Notes under the pieces: model-generated
Seen by the model: only the letters and a program-made list of their open reading frames with translations
Databases searched by the model: none
Told to the model about the DNA's origin: nothing
Shown here: positions 46,331 to 55,163 of the stretch, piece after piece
How positions within the stretch are numbered: position 1 is the first letter of the stretch
How the letters are laid out: each line of letters opens with the position of its first letter
Source: an uncultured Hyphomicrobiales bacterium
Lineage (GTDB): Bacteria; Pseudomonadota; Alphaproteobacteria; Rhizobiales; Beijerinckiaceae
Assembly: GCA_903900975.1 (NCBI GenBank)
Contig: CAIUPE010000051.1
Coordinates: forward strand, 678-64,677
Length of the DNA stretch: 64,000 nucleotides
Direction of reading: 5' to 3'
Made by a program: the position numbers and the translations under genes

Positions 46331-47830
46331 CTAAAAAGGACAGCTGCTCGGGTCCGCCTTTCGATCATAGAGGGCGGGCCCGATTTTAACATCGGTCAGG
46401 CGATACAGCACAAAACTCTCGATGACGGCCGTGCCGTACATCCGCGCCACCGTGCCGAGGCGTTCCGCCGTGCCGTAACAGTTTTGGTGATTGGCGAGAA
46501 AGGCTTCGCCACTGTCGGCCCAATCGATGAACAAAGCAGGCTGCCGGATCAGCGCTTCGTTCGGGGCAGGCAAAAACCCGTAACGGACGCGCTCATTGAT
46601 TTGGATGGTTTCCGCCTTGCCTTGGAGCGCAAAGCCCAAAGCGCCGGTGTGTTCATAAGAGGCGGTTGCGATCCAGCCCGCGCCGATTTCGGCCTGCTTA
46701 GCGCGCAAAGCCTCGCCCAATTCCGTCCAACCTTGCGTCAACATGGCAGGATTTCGGGACGGATCAATCGGCAGGAACGGATGCAGGATTTCTGCAAAAA
46801 GAAGGGCAGAAATGACATAACCCACCGGCGCCGCCGCTCGCACCAAACGCGGAACCGTTAACCGGCTCGCGGCAAGCGCGCCAAGCATGGCAAGTGCAGG
46901 CATCAGAGGTGCGGGCCAATTGCCATTCACCCGATCATGCAAGGCATGGATGAGAAGATAGGCGAGAAACGGCAGGGAGGTCGCGATCACCAAGGCTTCA
47001 CCCGACGATGTCCTGTGCCGGAGGCGAATTGTGCCTTGATATAGACCGATAAGGGCGAAGCCTCCAATGATCGGCGTCATCAAAAGCCATTGCACCCCGA
47101 TCAGCTCTAAAATGTGATCGGGGCGAAACTCATCGCCCGCCGTCCGCCCGAGTTGCTTGGCGAAGGACACAAAATCATGCTGCACATTCCACGCGATAAC
47201 CGGCGTAAAAAGCAGCACGGCGAGCGCGCCGCCTGCCCAGGTTTCCCAGCGTTTGAACCAGTGGCGCTGTGGCGGCTCAAGGATCAGCCATAGCAGGATG
47301 CCTAACCCCAGAAACACGCCGGAATATTTCGATAAAAGCCCAAGCCCGGCTGCAAGCCCAACCGCCAGCCACCATTTGCTATCGCCGGAATACCAAAGTT
47401 CCGCCAGTGCCCACAGCGTCAGCCCCCAGAAAAACACCGAGGGAATATCGGGCGTCATCACAATGCCGCCAACGCTTACAATTAGCATCGCGTTGAAAAA
47501 CAAAACTGCGCGGTCCGCAATCTTCTGATCGAACAGCAAGATGGCCGTTCGCCACAAAAATAGCGAGCCGATCCAGACCGATAACACCGCCAGCAACCGA
47601 ACGCCCAACGCCGTATCGCCGATAAAAGCGCGACCTAAAGTAATCCACCAAGCCACCATCGGGGCATGATCATAATAGCCGAAGGAGGGAGCCAACGCCC
47701 AAAGCCGGTAATAGGCTTCATCGAACACAAGACCCGAAAGGGCTGCCACCAGCAGGCGGACAGCGGTCAAACCGGCAAGCAGGGCCAGAATGGGAGAAGC
47801 GGGGAACTTTGGAACGGTTGGACGCGTCAT
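46331..47830 (-). CDS. Glycosyltransferase family 39 (ArnT/PMT-like) membrane protein
   Basis: 499 aa with about 11 TM helices in the N-terminal two-thirds. It has the FDEAYY motif in the first periplasmic loop and a soluble C-terminal domain. Confidence 0.82.
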   Translation of the reverse strand: MTRPTVPKFPASPILALLAGLTAVRLLVAALSGLVFDEAYYRLWALAPSFGYYDHAPMVAWWITLGRAFIGDTALGVRLLAVLSVWIGSLFLWRTAILLFDQKIADRAVLFFNAMLIVSVGGIVMTPDIPSVFFWGLTLWALAELWYSGDSKWWLAVGLAAGLGLLSKYSGVFLGLGILLWLILEPPQRHWFKRWETWAGGALAVLLFTPVIAWNVQHDFVSFAKQLGRTAGDEFRPDHILELIGVQWLLMTPIIGGFALIGLYQGTIRLRHRTSSGEALVIATSLPFLAYLLIHALHDRVNGNWPAPLMPALAMLGALAASRLTVPRLVRAAAPVGYVISALLFAEILHPFLPIDPSRNPAMLTQGWTELGEALRAKQAEIGAGWIATASYEHTGALGFALQGKAETIQINERVRYGFLPAPNEALIRQPALFIDWADSGEAFLANHQNCYGTAERLGTVARMYGTAVIESFVLYRLTDVKIGPALYDRKADPSSCPF

Positions 47831-47991
47831 CGGTCAATCAGGCCACAAATCGTAACAATCACCCCTTCATTTTCACCGAAGATCGATCACACAGGGGCGG
47901 TTACGAGGTTGAAAGATTATTGCAAGTATGCAAAAAGTTAATACGGTATCGACTTTGAGACAAAGTTGGTAAAGATTTTGTCTGTATAACC

Positions 47992-48480
47992 GTGTTTAGT
48001 TCACGCGTCACCAGCGTTGAAAGTACAATCGGGATCTTCTTAATGGCGGATGGGTCGTATCGAGCAAGTCTGCCGGCTGTCATTGATGGCGCTAATCAGC
48101 AACGTATCACGCATTCGGACGACCAGCCCTATGAGGGGCGGTTTGACCGTGCGTTTGAAGGCGAGGGCAATGGCGAATTTGCTCAAGAGCCGCCCATTGA
48201 AATTGTCATCAATCCGCAGGAAATCCGCGAAAAGATCCTTCATTATCTCGGCGCCGTTCTGGCCCGCTGCTGGATTGATCGCGGCCTATTAGGCGAAATT
48301 GAGCGGGATGCGCATCGGACGCTCCGGCACCTCGGCATTTTGTTGCCAGATGAAATCGAAATCAAAGTCGAGCGTCCAAGCAAAGACCGTCCGCGGCTGG
48401 TTATTTTCGAGCATGATGAAAACCGGCGCTTCCGTCGCCGCATCTGTTATCTCCAGTTGATCATGATGGCCGGCAAATAA
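47992..48480 (+). CDS. Hypothetical protein with NHLP / nitrile-hydratase-alpha-like segment (start uncertain: GTG 47992 or ATG 48043)
   Basis: An orphan ORF behind an AT-rich 160-bp spacer. The segment LARCWIDRGLLGEIERDAHRTLRHLGILLPDEIEIKVERPSKDRPRLVIFE follows the A.AW.D..F...L..DP...L...G..LP.......V.E......L.LVLP pattern of NHLP-type leader / NHase-alpha-related domains. I recognise no other motif. Confidence 0.5.
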   Translation: MFSSRVTSVESTIGIFLMADGSYRASLPAVIDGANQQRITHSDDQPYEGRFDRAFEGEGNGEFAQEPPIEIVINPQEIREKILHYLGAVLARCWIDRGLLGEIERDAHRTLRHLGILLPDEIEIKVERPSKDRPRLVIFEHDENRRFRRRICYLQLIMMAGK

Positions 48481-48576
48481 GGCGTATACTGCGCTTAAGG
48501 TCACCCTGTTCTGGTCCTAACGCCTAGGTCGATATCGGGTTAACGTCGTTCATCGCTTCCGCATGTCAGGTGACAG

Positions 48577-49341
48577 GTGTTTCCTTTGCCCCAATTTTTG
48601 ACAACGCTGTCCCCCTTTGCCCTGTGCATCATGCTCGCGGGCCTCATTCTGGCATCGCTGGCGCGGGGCTATTCCGGCTTTGGGTTTTCAGCCGTCCTTG
48701 TGGCCAGCTGGTCGCTGGTAACCGATCCGGGCAAGGCGATTGCCGTCACGGTGGTACTGGAAATCACGGCCAGCATCATTCAATCTTTTTCGGTCTGGAA
48801 GGATATTCCCTGGAAACGTGTTCTTTTATTGATGGCTGGGGCAACGCCCGGCATGCTGGTCGGTGTAACGGTCTTGACGTCGGTTCCCGTTGATATTCTG
48901 AAACTGGGCCTTGCGGCCTTTGTCCTCGTCGCGGCTGCGCTGCTTTCCATCGGCTGGAAACTGAAAGCACGAGCGAATGATTTTGGCACCGCTGTGGTGG
49001 GCGTCGCGTCGGGCATTGTGAATGGCGCGATCGGCATGGGCGGGCTTCCCGTGGCTCTTTTCCTGACGGCTGATGGCGACAGTCCGGCTAAAATCCGCGC
49101 CTCGGTAACCGCCTATTTTTTCTTGCTCGATTTGCTCGGGCTGCTGGTTTTCTCCCAAGCGGGGATCGTCAGTGCAGAAGCCTTTTCAACCGCAGCGTTG
49201 GCCTTTCCCGTTTTGGTTGTCGGCATGATCCTCGGTACGCGCCATTTTCTAGGCGCAACGCGGGAAGGGTTTCGCCGTATTACCCTATTGTTGTTGATGG
49301 GCATTGCATTGGCCGGAATCCTTCGTAGTTTTCTGGTCTGA
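48577..49341 (+). CDS. TauE/SafE (DUF81) family anion exporter
   Basis: 254 aa from GTG, with about 8 TM helices and Gly-rich helices (VGVASGIVNGAIGMGGLPVALFL) as in TauE/SafE. Confidence 0.8.
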   Translation: MFPLPQFLTTLSPFALCIMLAGLILASLARGYSGFGFSAVLVASWSLVTDPGKAIAVTVVLEITASIIQSFSVWKDIPWKRVLLLMAGATPGMLVGVTVLTSVPVDILKLGLAAFVLVAAALLSIGWKLKARANDFGTAVVGVASGIVNGAIGMGGLPVALFLTADGDSPAKIRASVTAYFFLLDLLGLLVFSQAGIVSAEAFSTAALAFPVLVVGMILGTRHFLGATREGFRRITLLLLMGIALAGILRSFLV

Positions 49342-49359
49342 GTATCGGAGACCCAAGGG

Positions 49360-50946
49360 ATGCGTGATCTTCATTTTCCGGGCCGCTCGGTTGCCTATGG
49401 CTCCCATGGTGGGGTGGCGACCTCGCAGCAGCTTTCCTCGACGCTGGCAATGGAAGTATTGCGCCATGGCGGCAATGCGATGGATGCGGCACTCACCGCG
49501 TCCGCCGCACAATGCGTGATCGAGCCGCACAATACCGGCATCGGGGGCGATTGTTTTGCGCTTTATTGGCGTGCTGACCAGAAGAAACTCTTTGGCATGA
49601 ATGGTTCCGGTTGGGCCCCCGCTGGTCTATCGGATCGTTTTTTGCTCGATCAAGGACTCTCTTCGATTAAGCCGGAAAGCATCCACGCGGTAACCATACC
49701 GGGTGCGGTTGATGCGTGGTCGAAACTGTTGGCCGATCACGGCACGCGGTCGTTTGCCGATATTTTGGCTCCCGCTATTGAGCTCGCCGAACATGGCTTT
49801 CACGTCCATGAACGGGCAGCAGCTGACTGGGATGAGGAAGTTGAAAAACTCTCCGCCGACGAGGGGGCCCGCGCTCAATTATTGATCGAAGGGCGCGCCC
49901 CCAAAGCAGGCGAGCGGATGCGCTTCCCTAAGCTGGCTGCTACTCTCCGGCTGCTCGCGAACGAAGGCCGCGATGTATTCTATCAAGGCGCGATTGCCGA
50001 AGACCTTGTCAGCTTTTTAAGGTCAAAGGGCGGTACGCATACGCTGGCCGATTTTTCAGAATTCTCGACGCACTATGTTGAACCCATCAGCGCGCATTAT
50101 CGGGGTGTTGATCTGTTCCAAATTCCGCCAAGCGGGCAGGGCCTCACCGCCCTGGTATTGCTCAAAATTCTCGATGGTTTCTCGCTAAAGGGCCTTGATC
50201 CGAACAGTGCCAATCGCTTCCATATGCAGATTGAGGCAACGCAATTGGCCTATTCGGTGCGCGATGCGTTTGTCGCCGATCCGGCCTTTGCCCATATACC
50301 GGTCGATGAACTGCTGTCGGATGCGTTCATCGCGTCTTTGCGGGATAAAATCGATCCGAAAAAGGCCACGGCTCAGCTCTCCCATGTGCCTGCCAATTTT
50401 CAACGCGATACGATCTATCTGACGGTGGCGGATAAATGGGGCAATGTCTGCTCCTTTATCAATTCGCTGTATTTCTCGTTTGGTACCGGCATGGTGAGCC
50501 CGAAAACGGGCATTTCGGTGCAAAACCGTGGCGCGTGCTTTCGTATCGATCCGGGTCATCCCAATACGGTGGCGCCGCGCAAGAGGCCGATGCACACCAT
50601 CATTCCGGCAATGGCGATGAAGGGTGGCAAGCCTTGGCTGTCTTATGGTGTGATGGGCGGGGCCTACCAACCGGTCGGCCAAGCGCATGTGCTGCAAAAC
50701 CTCCTTGATTTTGAGATGAATATTCAAGAGGCGTTTGACGCGCCGCGCGGTTTCCGCAGACTCGATGCTTTTGAAGGCGAGCGTGGTATTCCCGACAGCG
50801 TGATGCTGGATTTGGCGATGCGGGGCCACCCGGTCACGCGTCCGGTGATGCCGTTAGGAGGCGGGCAAGGCATTCTGTTTGCGCCTGATGGTAGTTATCA
50901 CGTCGGCACCGATCCCCGCAAAGATGGCACAGCGCTCGCTTATTAA
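49360..50946 (+). CDS. Gamma-glutamyltransferase family protein (no obvious signal peptide)
   Basis: 528 aa with the GGT N-terminal motifs GGNAMDAALTASAAQCVIEP..TGIGGD. The predicted autoprocessing site is RD/TIYLTVAD (compare TTHYSVVD in E. coli Ggt). C-terminal YGVMGG. Confidence 0.85.
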   Translation: MRDLHFPGRSVAYGSHGGVATSQQLSSTLAMEVLRHGGNAMDAALTASAAQCVIEPHNTGIGGDCFALYWRADQKKLFGMNGSGWAPAGLSDRFLLDQGLSSIKPESIHAVTIPGAVDAWSKLLADHGTRSFADILAPAIELAEHGFHVHERAAADWDEEVEKLSADEGARAQLLIEGRAPKAGERMRFPKLAATLRLLANEGRDVFYQGAIAEDLVSFLRSKGGTHTLADFSEFSTHYVEPISAHYRGVDLFQIPPSGQGLTALVLLKILDGFSLKGLDPNSANRFHMQIEATQLAYSVRDAFVADPAFAHIPVDELLSDAFIASLRDKIDPKKATAQLSHVPANFQRDTIYLTVADKWGNVCSFINSLYFSFGTGMVSPKTGISVQNRGACFRIDPGHPNTVAPRKRPMHTIIPAMAMKGGKPWLSYGVMGGAYQPVGQAHVLQNLLDFEMNIQEAFDAPRGFRRLDAFEGERGIPDSVMLDLAMRGHPVTRPVMPLGGGQGILFAPDGSYHVGTDPRKDGTALAY

Positions 50947-50952
50947 GCGCGC

Positions 50953-51708
50953 TTAGTTGCAGTTCTGCAATTTGGCTTGCCAGCACGCGATGGCGAGTTT
51001 TTCAGCCTCGGCGCGGTCTTCTGGTGACATCATGCGCTCGACCTCGTCGCGTGCTTTGATGGCGTCGCGTGCGGCAGCAGTTCGTTCCGGAATATTGTCG
51101 GTCACGGCACTCGCGGCGAGGCTGAACCACATATAAGCGCGCGGATAATTTTGTTCGACGCCATAGCCATAGCGGTATAATTCGCCAAGCCCTGCTTGCG
51201 ACGGAATATCACCTTTGGCAGCGGCAAGCTGATACCAATGACGCGCTTCTTCGAAATCTTGAGCAACGCCACCTCCTTTGCGATAGAGCTCGCCAAGGTA
51301 ACGTTGCGCCTCGATAATACCCTGATCAGCCACATCCCGCAGCAGCCCAAGCGCGGTTTCGGGATCGTAGGTCGCGCCAGCTTTATCCATATAAAGCCGA
51401 GCAAGCGACAGCGACGCGCCGATATGGTGCTTCTCGATGGCCATTTTAAACCAGCGAACCGCCATTTTTTGATCTGGAGCGACCCCGCGTCCGCCGAGAT
51501 ACATCAGTCCTAGTCGGAATTGCGCCTCGGGGTTCCCTTCCAGAGCCGGTGGCGTCCACAACCGTATGGCCCCGCCATCATCACCCTGCATTAAAGCGTT
51601 CTGGCCATCCGTTAATGCGTCCGCCCAGACCGGCGTTGCAAAGGCGAGCCCGCTAGCGAGCAGGACACCACAAAAAATCCGATACGCATGACGCATGAAC
51701 ATCACCAA
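50953..51708 (-). CDS. Secreted Sel1-repeat (TPR-like) protein
   Basis: It has a signal peptide (IFCGVLLASGLAFATPVWA). Sel1 repeats include AQFRLGLMYLGGRGV, AQRYLGELYRKGGGV and SQAGLGELYRYGYGV. Confidence 0.85.
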   Translation of the reverse strand: MVMFMRHAYRIFCGVLLASGLAFATPVWADALTDGQNALMQGDDGGAIRLWTPPALEGNPEAQFRLGLMYLGGRGVAPDQKMAVRWFKMAIEKHHIGASLSLARLYMDKAGATYDPETALGLLRDVADQGIIEAQRYLGELYRKGGGVAQDFEEARHWYQLAAAKGDIPSQAGLGELYRYGYGVEQNYPRAYMWFSLAASAVTDNIPERTAAARDAIKARDEVERMMSPEDRAEAEKLAIACWQAKLQNCN

Positions 51709-51891
51709 ACCTTGAAACCCGACGCCAGTCTTGACTTTAAGGCCTTACCAGTACCTGCGCTTGAATTATTTGCTCGAAACAGCAATTGGGAAAGACAATA
51801 TTTGCAATTAGGCTACTATCTTGCCGCAGTTATAAATGTACATCTCAATTATGTAATAAGCATTTTATGCCCATCACGACCGAGAGCCTTC

Positions 51892-53028
51892 ATGCCGCCA
51901 ATCGATTCGACTAAAGCTTCACCGCAGATGCGGGTCTGGGACATTGGCGTGCGCGTCTTCCATTGGAGCTTGCTGCTGGCGGTATCCGTTGCCGCAATGA
52001 CGGGCTTTTTCGGGTCACCTGATTCCTTCTCTATCCATTTGATTGCAGGTGTGGCCATTGCCTATCTGCTGCTTTTCCGCGTCATTTGGGGCTTTTCCGG
52101 CTCTACCTTTGCCCGTTTTCGCACCTTTATCTTCGGCCCATCGGTGCTGATCGCGCGTGCCAAAGACATGCTCGCCGGACGCCATACCCGCTATCTCGGC
52201 CATAATCCGCTCGGTGGCTTAATGGTGTTTGCGCTGTTGGGCGTGTTAGCGCTGATATTAATGACCGGTACGGTGGTTCTCGGCGGTACGCTGAAGCAGG
52301 GGCCATTGGCGTTTATCACCAGCTACGCCACCGGCGGCTTGGTGAAAGAGATCCATCAGGCTTTGGCGATCGGCCTTGTCGGTCTGATTGGACTGCATCT
52401 GGCCGGCGTTGCCTATGAGACCGTCCTGGGCAAGGAAAAGCTGATGAAAGCGATGATCACGGGCGATAAGCCTGCGGTCTCCGATGTGCCCTTGCCTAAG
52501 CCTGCTCTGGCGCGGCCCATTGTTGCTCTGGTTTTGTTGGCGGTGATCAGCCTTTCCAGCATTTTCGTCATCGCAAGCTTTGCCGCCCGCCCGGGCCTTG
52601 GCGTGCCCGTGGCAACTGTAGATCCACACTATGTCAAAGAATGTGGCGCATGCCATGTCGCCTATCACCCCAGCATGGGCACGGCGAAACTTTGGGAGGG
52701 TATTCTGGCCCATCTCGATCAGCATTTTGGCGAGGATGCCAGCCTGCCGGAGGCCACGCGGGCTGCCCTTGCGACCTATCTTGCGGCTAATTCCGCCGAG
52801 CATTTTGACACCCGCATCGCGCATGTCTTGGCGAAAGCCAATCCGGATGATCCGTTAAGGTTTACCGCGACGCGGTTCTGGACGCGGATGCATCATGAGA
52901 TCCCCGAAAGCGTTTTCAAATCGAAGCCGGTCGGCTTCAAGGGGGCCTGCAATGCCTGCCATTCTGATGCCAAGGCCGGTTTGTTTGCCCCGCAAAATAT
53001 CGATATTCCCGAAGGAGCGTTTAAATGA
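51892..53028 (+). CDS. Fusion protein: cytochrome b561-type (PF01292-like) membrane domain + extra TM + dihaem cytochrome c (DHC) domain
   Basis: ATG 51892. The N-terminal 4-TM b-type domain has VFHWSLL and GHNPLGG motifs. A fifth TM (IVALVLLAVISLSSIFVIASFAA) follows. The DHC-like domain then has two CxxCH motifs (CGACH, CNACH) and the W..I...LD.HFGEDA.LP motif. Confidence 0.75.
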   Translation: MPPIDSTKASPQMRVWDIGVRVFHWSLLLAVSVAAMTGFFGSPDSFSIHLIAGVAIAYLLLFRVIWGFSGSTFARFRTFIFGPSVLIARAKDMLAGRHTRYLGHNPLGGLMVFALLGVLALILMTGTVVLGGTLKQGPLAFITSYATGGLVKEIHQALAIGLVGLIGLHLAGVAYETVLGKEKLMKAMITGDKPAVSDVPLPKPALARPIVALVLLAVISLSSIFVIASFAARPGLGVPVATVDPHYVKECGACHVAYHPSMGTAKLWEGILAHLDQHFGEDASLPEATRAALATYLAANSAEHFDTRIAHVLAKANPDDPLRFTATRFWTRMHHEIPESVFKSKPVGFKGACNACHSDAKAGLFAPQNIDIPEGAFK

Positions 53029-53438
53029 ACATGCGTATTGCGGCAGCCTGTGTGCTGGCAGTGATCATCCCGGCACTTGCCTATGCGGGCGCGGCCCAAA
53101 AGCCGGTGCTGGATGCCTATGCGGCGCAGGCCAAAGCCGAGCAAGCCGGTTTTGCCGGGTTCTCGGTCGAGCGCGGCAAAGCGTTCTTCCTCGCCAAGCA
53201 TGATGCATCGGCAGAAACGCCTTCCTGCACCACCTGCCACACGAATGATCCCACCAAGCCGGGCCAAACCCGCGCGGGTAAGGATGTGGCACCGATGGCC
53301 GTTTCCAAAACACAGGATCGCTTTACCGACGCCGAGAAGGTTGAAAAATGGTTCACCCGCAACTGCCAGAGCGTGGTCGGCAGAGCCTGCACGGCGCAGG
53401 AAAAGGGTGATTTTATTACCTTTATGGCCAGCCTCTAA
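53025..53438 (+). CDS. SHP-like monohaem cytochrome c (DUF1924 family)
   Basis: 137 aa with a signal peptide and a single CTTCH. The C-terminal W.TRNC..V.GR.C...EK.DF motif matches what I remember for DUF1924/sphaeroides-haem-protein relatives. ATGA overlap with the upstream gene. Confidence 0.65.
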   Translation: MNMRIAAACVLAVIIPALAYAGAAQKPVLDAYAAQAKAEQAGFAGFSVERGKAFFLAKHDASAETPSCTTCHTNDPTKPGQTRAGKDVAPMAVSKTQDRFTDAEKVEKWFTRNCQSVVGRACTAQEKGDFITFMASL

Positions 53439-53464
53439 CACCAGATTTGACAGGGAAGCCCATC

Positions 53465-53947
53465 ATGATGCCTCGAATTTTTGCAGCCCTCGGCATGATA
53501 GCCTGCGTCTTTGGCATGGGCTTTCTCATTATGGGTCCGGTTGCCTCGGCGAACCCTGCGCCGGATCCTGTCTATGCAAAGGAATGTAGTGCCTGCCACA
53601 TTGCCTATCCGGCGCAATTCCTGCCGAAGCGTTCTTGGGATCGCATTATCGGCTCGCTTGATAAGCACTTCGGCGAAAATGCAACCCTGCCCCCCAAATC
53701 GCTCGTATCGATCAAAACCTATCTGGACGGACATGCGGCGGATGCCAGCGACCCTAATTCCCGTATCATGCGCGAGGTCGCAGCGTCTCAAACGCCCGCT
53801 CGCATCACGGAAATGCCATTCTGGACGCATATTCACGGCCGTCTATTGGCCCGCCACGCCTTTGATGCCCCAAAGGTCAAAAGCGCGTCCAATTGCTCCG
53901 CATGCCACCGTGGTGCAGCAACGGGCCATTTTGGCGATGACGATTGA
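53465..53947 (+). CDS. Dihaem cytochrome c (DHC family), stand-alone paralogue
   Basis: ATG 53465 with a signal/anchor. It has CSACH and CSACH motifs. YAKECSACHIAY....W..I...LDKHFGENATLP parallels the C-terminal domain of the 51892-53028 protein. Confidence 0.75.
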   Translation: MMPRIFAALGMIACVFGMGFLIMGPVASANPAPDPVYAKECSACHIAYPAQFLPKRSWDRIIGSLDKHFGENATLPPKSLVSIKTYLDGHAADASDPNSRIMREVAASQTPARITEMPFWTHIHGRLLARHAFDAPKVKSASNCSACHRGAATGHFGDDD

Positions 53948-54052
53948 TGCCTTCAAAAAGAATACGGATTGACCATTCGTAAGATCGAAGAGTAGCCTCC
54001 TAATTGACGTCGGCTCCACAGAATGAGCCGGTCATAAAACGGAGGAAGTCCC

Positions 54053-55081
54053 ATGAACGATGTCACTTCGACAAGTCGTCGCCAGCTGTTGAAATTGGCG
54101 GCGGTTGGCGCTGCCGGTATTGCATTACCTATGCCGTTCATTACCCGCGCGCGCGCCGATAATAAGCGCATTGCGCTGGTTGTTAAAAATCTCGGTAACT
54201 CCTATTTCGATGCCTGCGCCAATGGCGCCAAACAAGCGGCCGCTGAAGTTGGTGGCTTTGAGATCATCTATACCGCGCCGACCAAAGCCACCGCCGAAGA
54301 CCAGATCGCCATCATCGACTCGCTGATCGCGCAAAAGGTCGATGGCATTATCGTTTCGGCAAATGATGCCAATGCGCTTGTACCCGTCGGCAAAAAGGCG
54401 GCTTCACGCGGCATCAAGGTGATTTCGTTCGACTCGGCCATCGCCAAAGACGGCCGCATCATGCATCTTAACGCCTCGTCGACGCCTTTGATCGGTGCCA
54501 AGCAGGTGCAGATGATTGCCAAGACGCTGAAGGGCGAAGGCGAAGTCGCCATTCTCTCCGCAGCCTCCACCATGACGAACCAGAACTCCTGGATCGCCGC
54601 GATGAAGGACGAGTGGAAGAAGCCAGAATACGCCAAAATGCCGCTGGTTGCGACCGTTTATGGCGACGACCAAGACGACAAATCCTATCGCGAAATGCAG
54701 GCACTGGTGAAAGCGCATCCGAACTTGAAGGGTGTAATTTCGCCAACGACCATCGGCATCCGCTCAGGCGCGAAGGCGATCATCGATGGCGGCCTGATTG
54801 GTAAAGTCTTCATCACAGGTCTCGGCCTTCCTTCCGAGATGAAGGACGCCGTTTTGAAAGGCGCTTGCGACAGCTTCGCGATCTGGAATCCGGTTGAATA
54901 TGGCTATTCCTCGACCGAGATCATGATCAACATCTTGAACGGTGCGGATGCATCCCCCGGCAAGACGGTGAAGATGGGCAAGAAGGGCGAAACCACCATC
55001 GGAGCCGATGGCGAAGCGGCCATGGGCGAGCCCTTCGAATTCAACAAATCGAATGTTGAAGAATTCGCCAAAATCTTCTGA
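54053..55081 (+). CDS. Sugar ABC transporter substrate-binding protein (rhamnose/RhaS-like), Tat-type signal
   Basis: 342 aa with the twin-arginine motif SRRQLLKLAAVGAAG and a periplasmic-binding-protein type I sugar fold (VVKNLGNSYFD..). Confidence 0.85.
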   Translation: MNDVTSTSRRQLLKLAAVGAAGIALPMPFITRARADNKRIALVVKNLGNSYFDACANGAKQAAAEVGGFEIIYTAPTKATAEDQIAIIDSLIAQKVDGIIVSANDANALVPVGKKAASRGIKVISFDSAIAKDGRIMHLNASSTPLIGAKQVQMIAKTLKGEGEVAILSAASTMTNQNSWIAAMKDEWKKPEYAKMPLVATVYGDDQDDKSYREMQALVKAHPNLKGVISPTTIGIRSGAKAIIDGGLIGKVFITGLGLPSEMKDAVLKGACDSFAIWNPVEYGYSSTEIMINILNGADASPGKTVKMGKKGETTIGADGEAAMGEPFEFNKSNVEEFAKIF

Positions 55082-55110
55082 AGCTTTCGAGCAACAGTTC
55101 AATGGATAAG

Positions 55111-55142
55111 CCATTCGGCGGGAACCGCTTTCCGCCGAATGG
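55111..55142 (+). other. Intercistronic stem-loop after the SBP gene
   Basis: Perfect 11-bp stem CCATTCGGCGG / CCGCCGAATGG with a 10-nt loop and no T-tract. This is the typical position for an mRNA-stabilising or attenuating hairpin between SBP and ATPase genes. Confidence 0.6.
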
Positions 55143-55163
55143 TGCCTAACCTGATGGGCTGCC

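Noticed and set aside
48570-48580. The 11-mer GTGACAGGTGT is shared with the mutS terminator arm (373-383)
   Set aside because: It is a single short match with no extended similarity on either side. This is compatible with chance, and I make no repeat-family claim.
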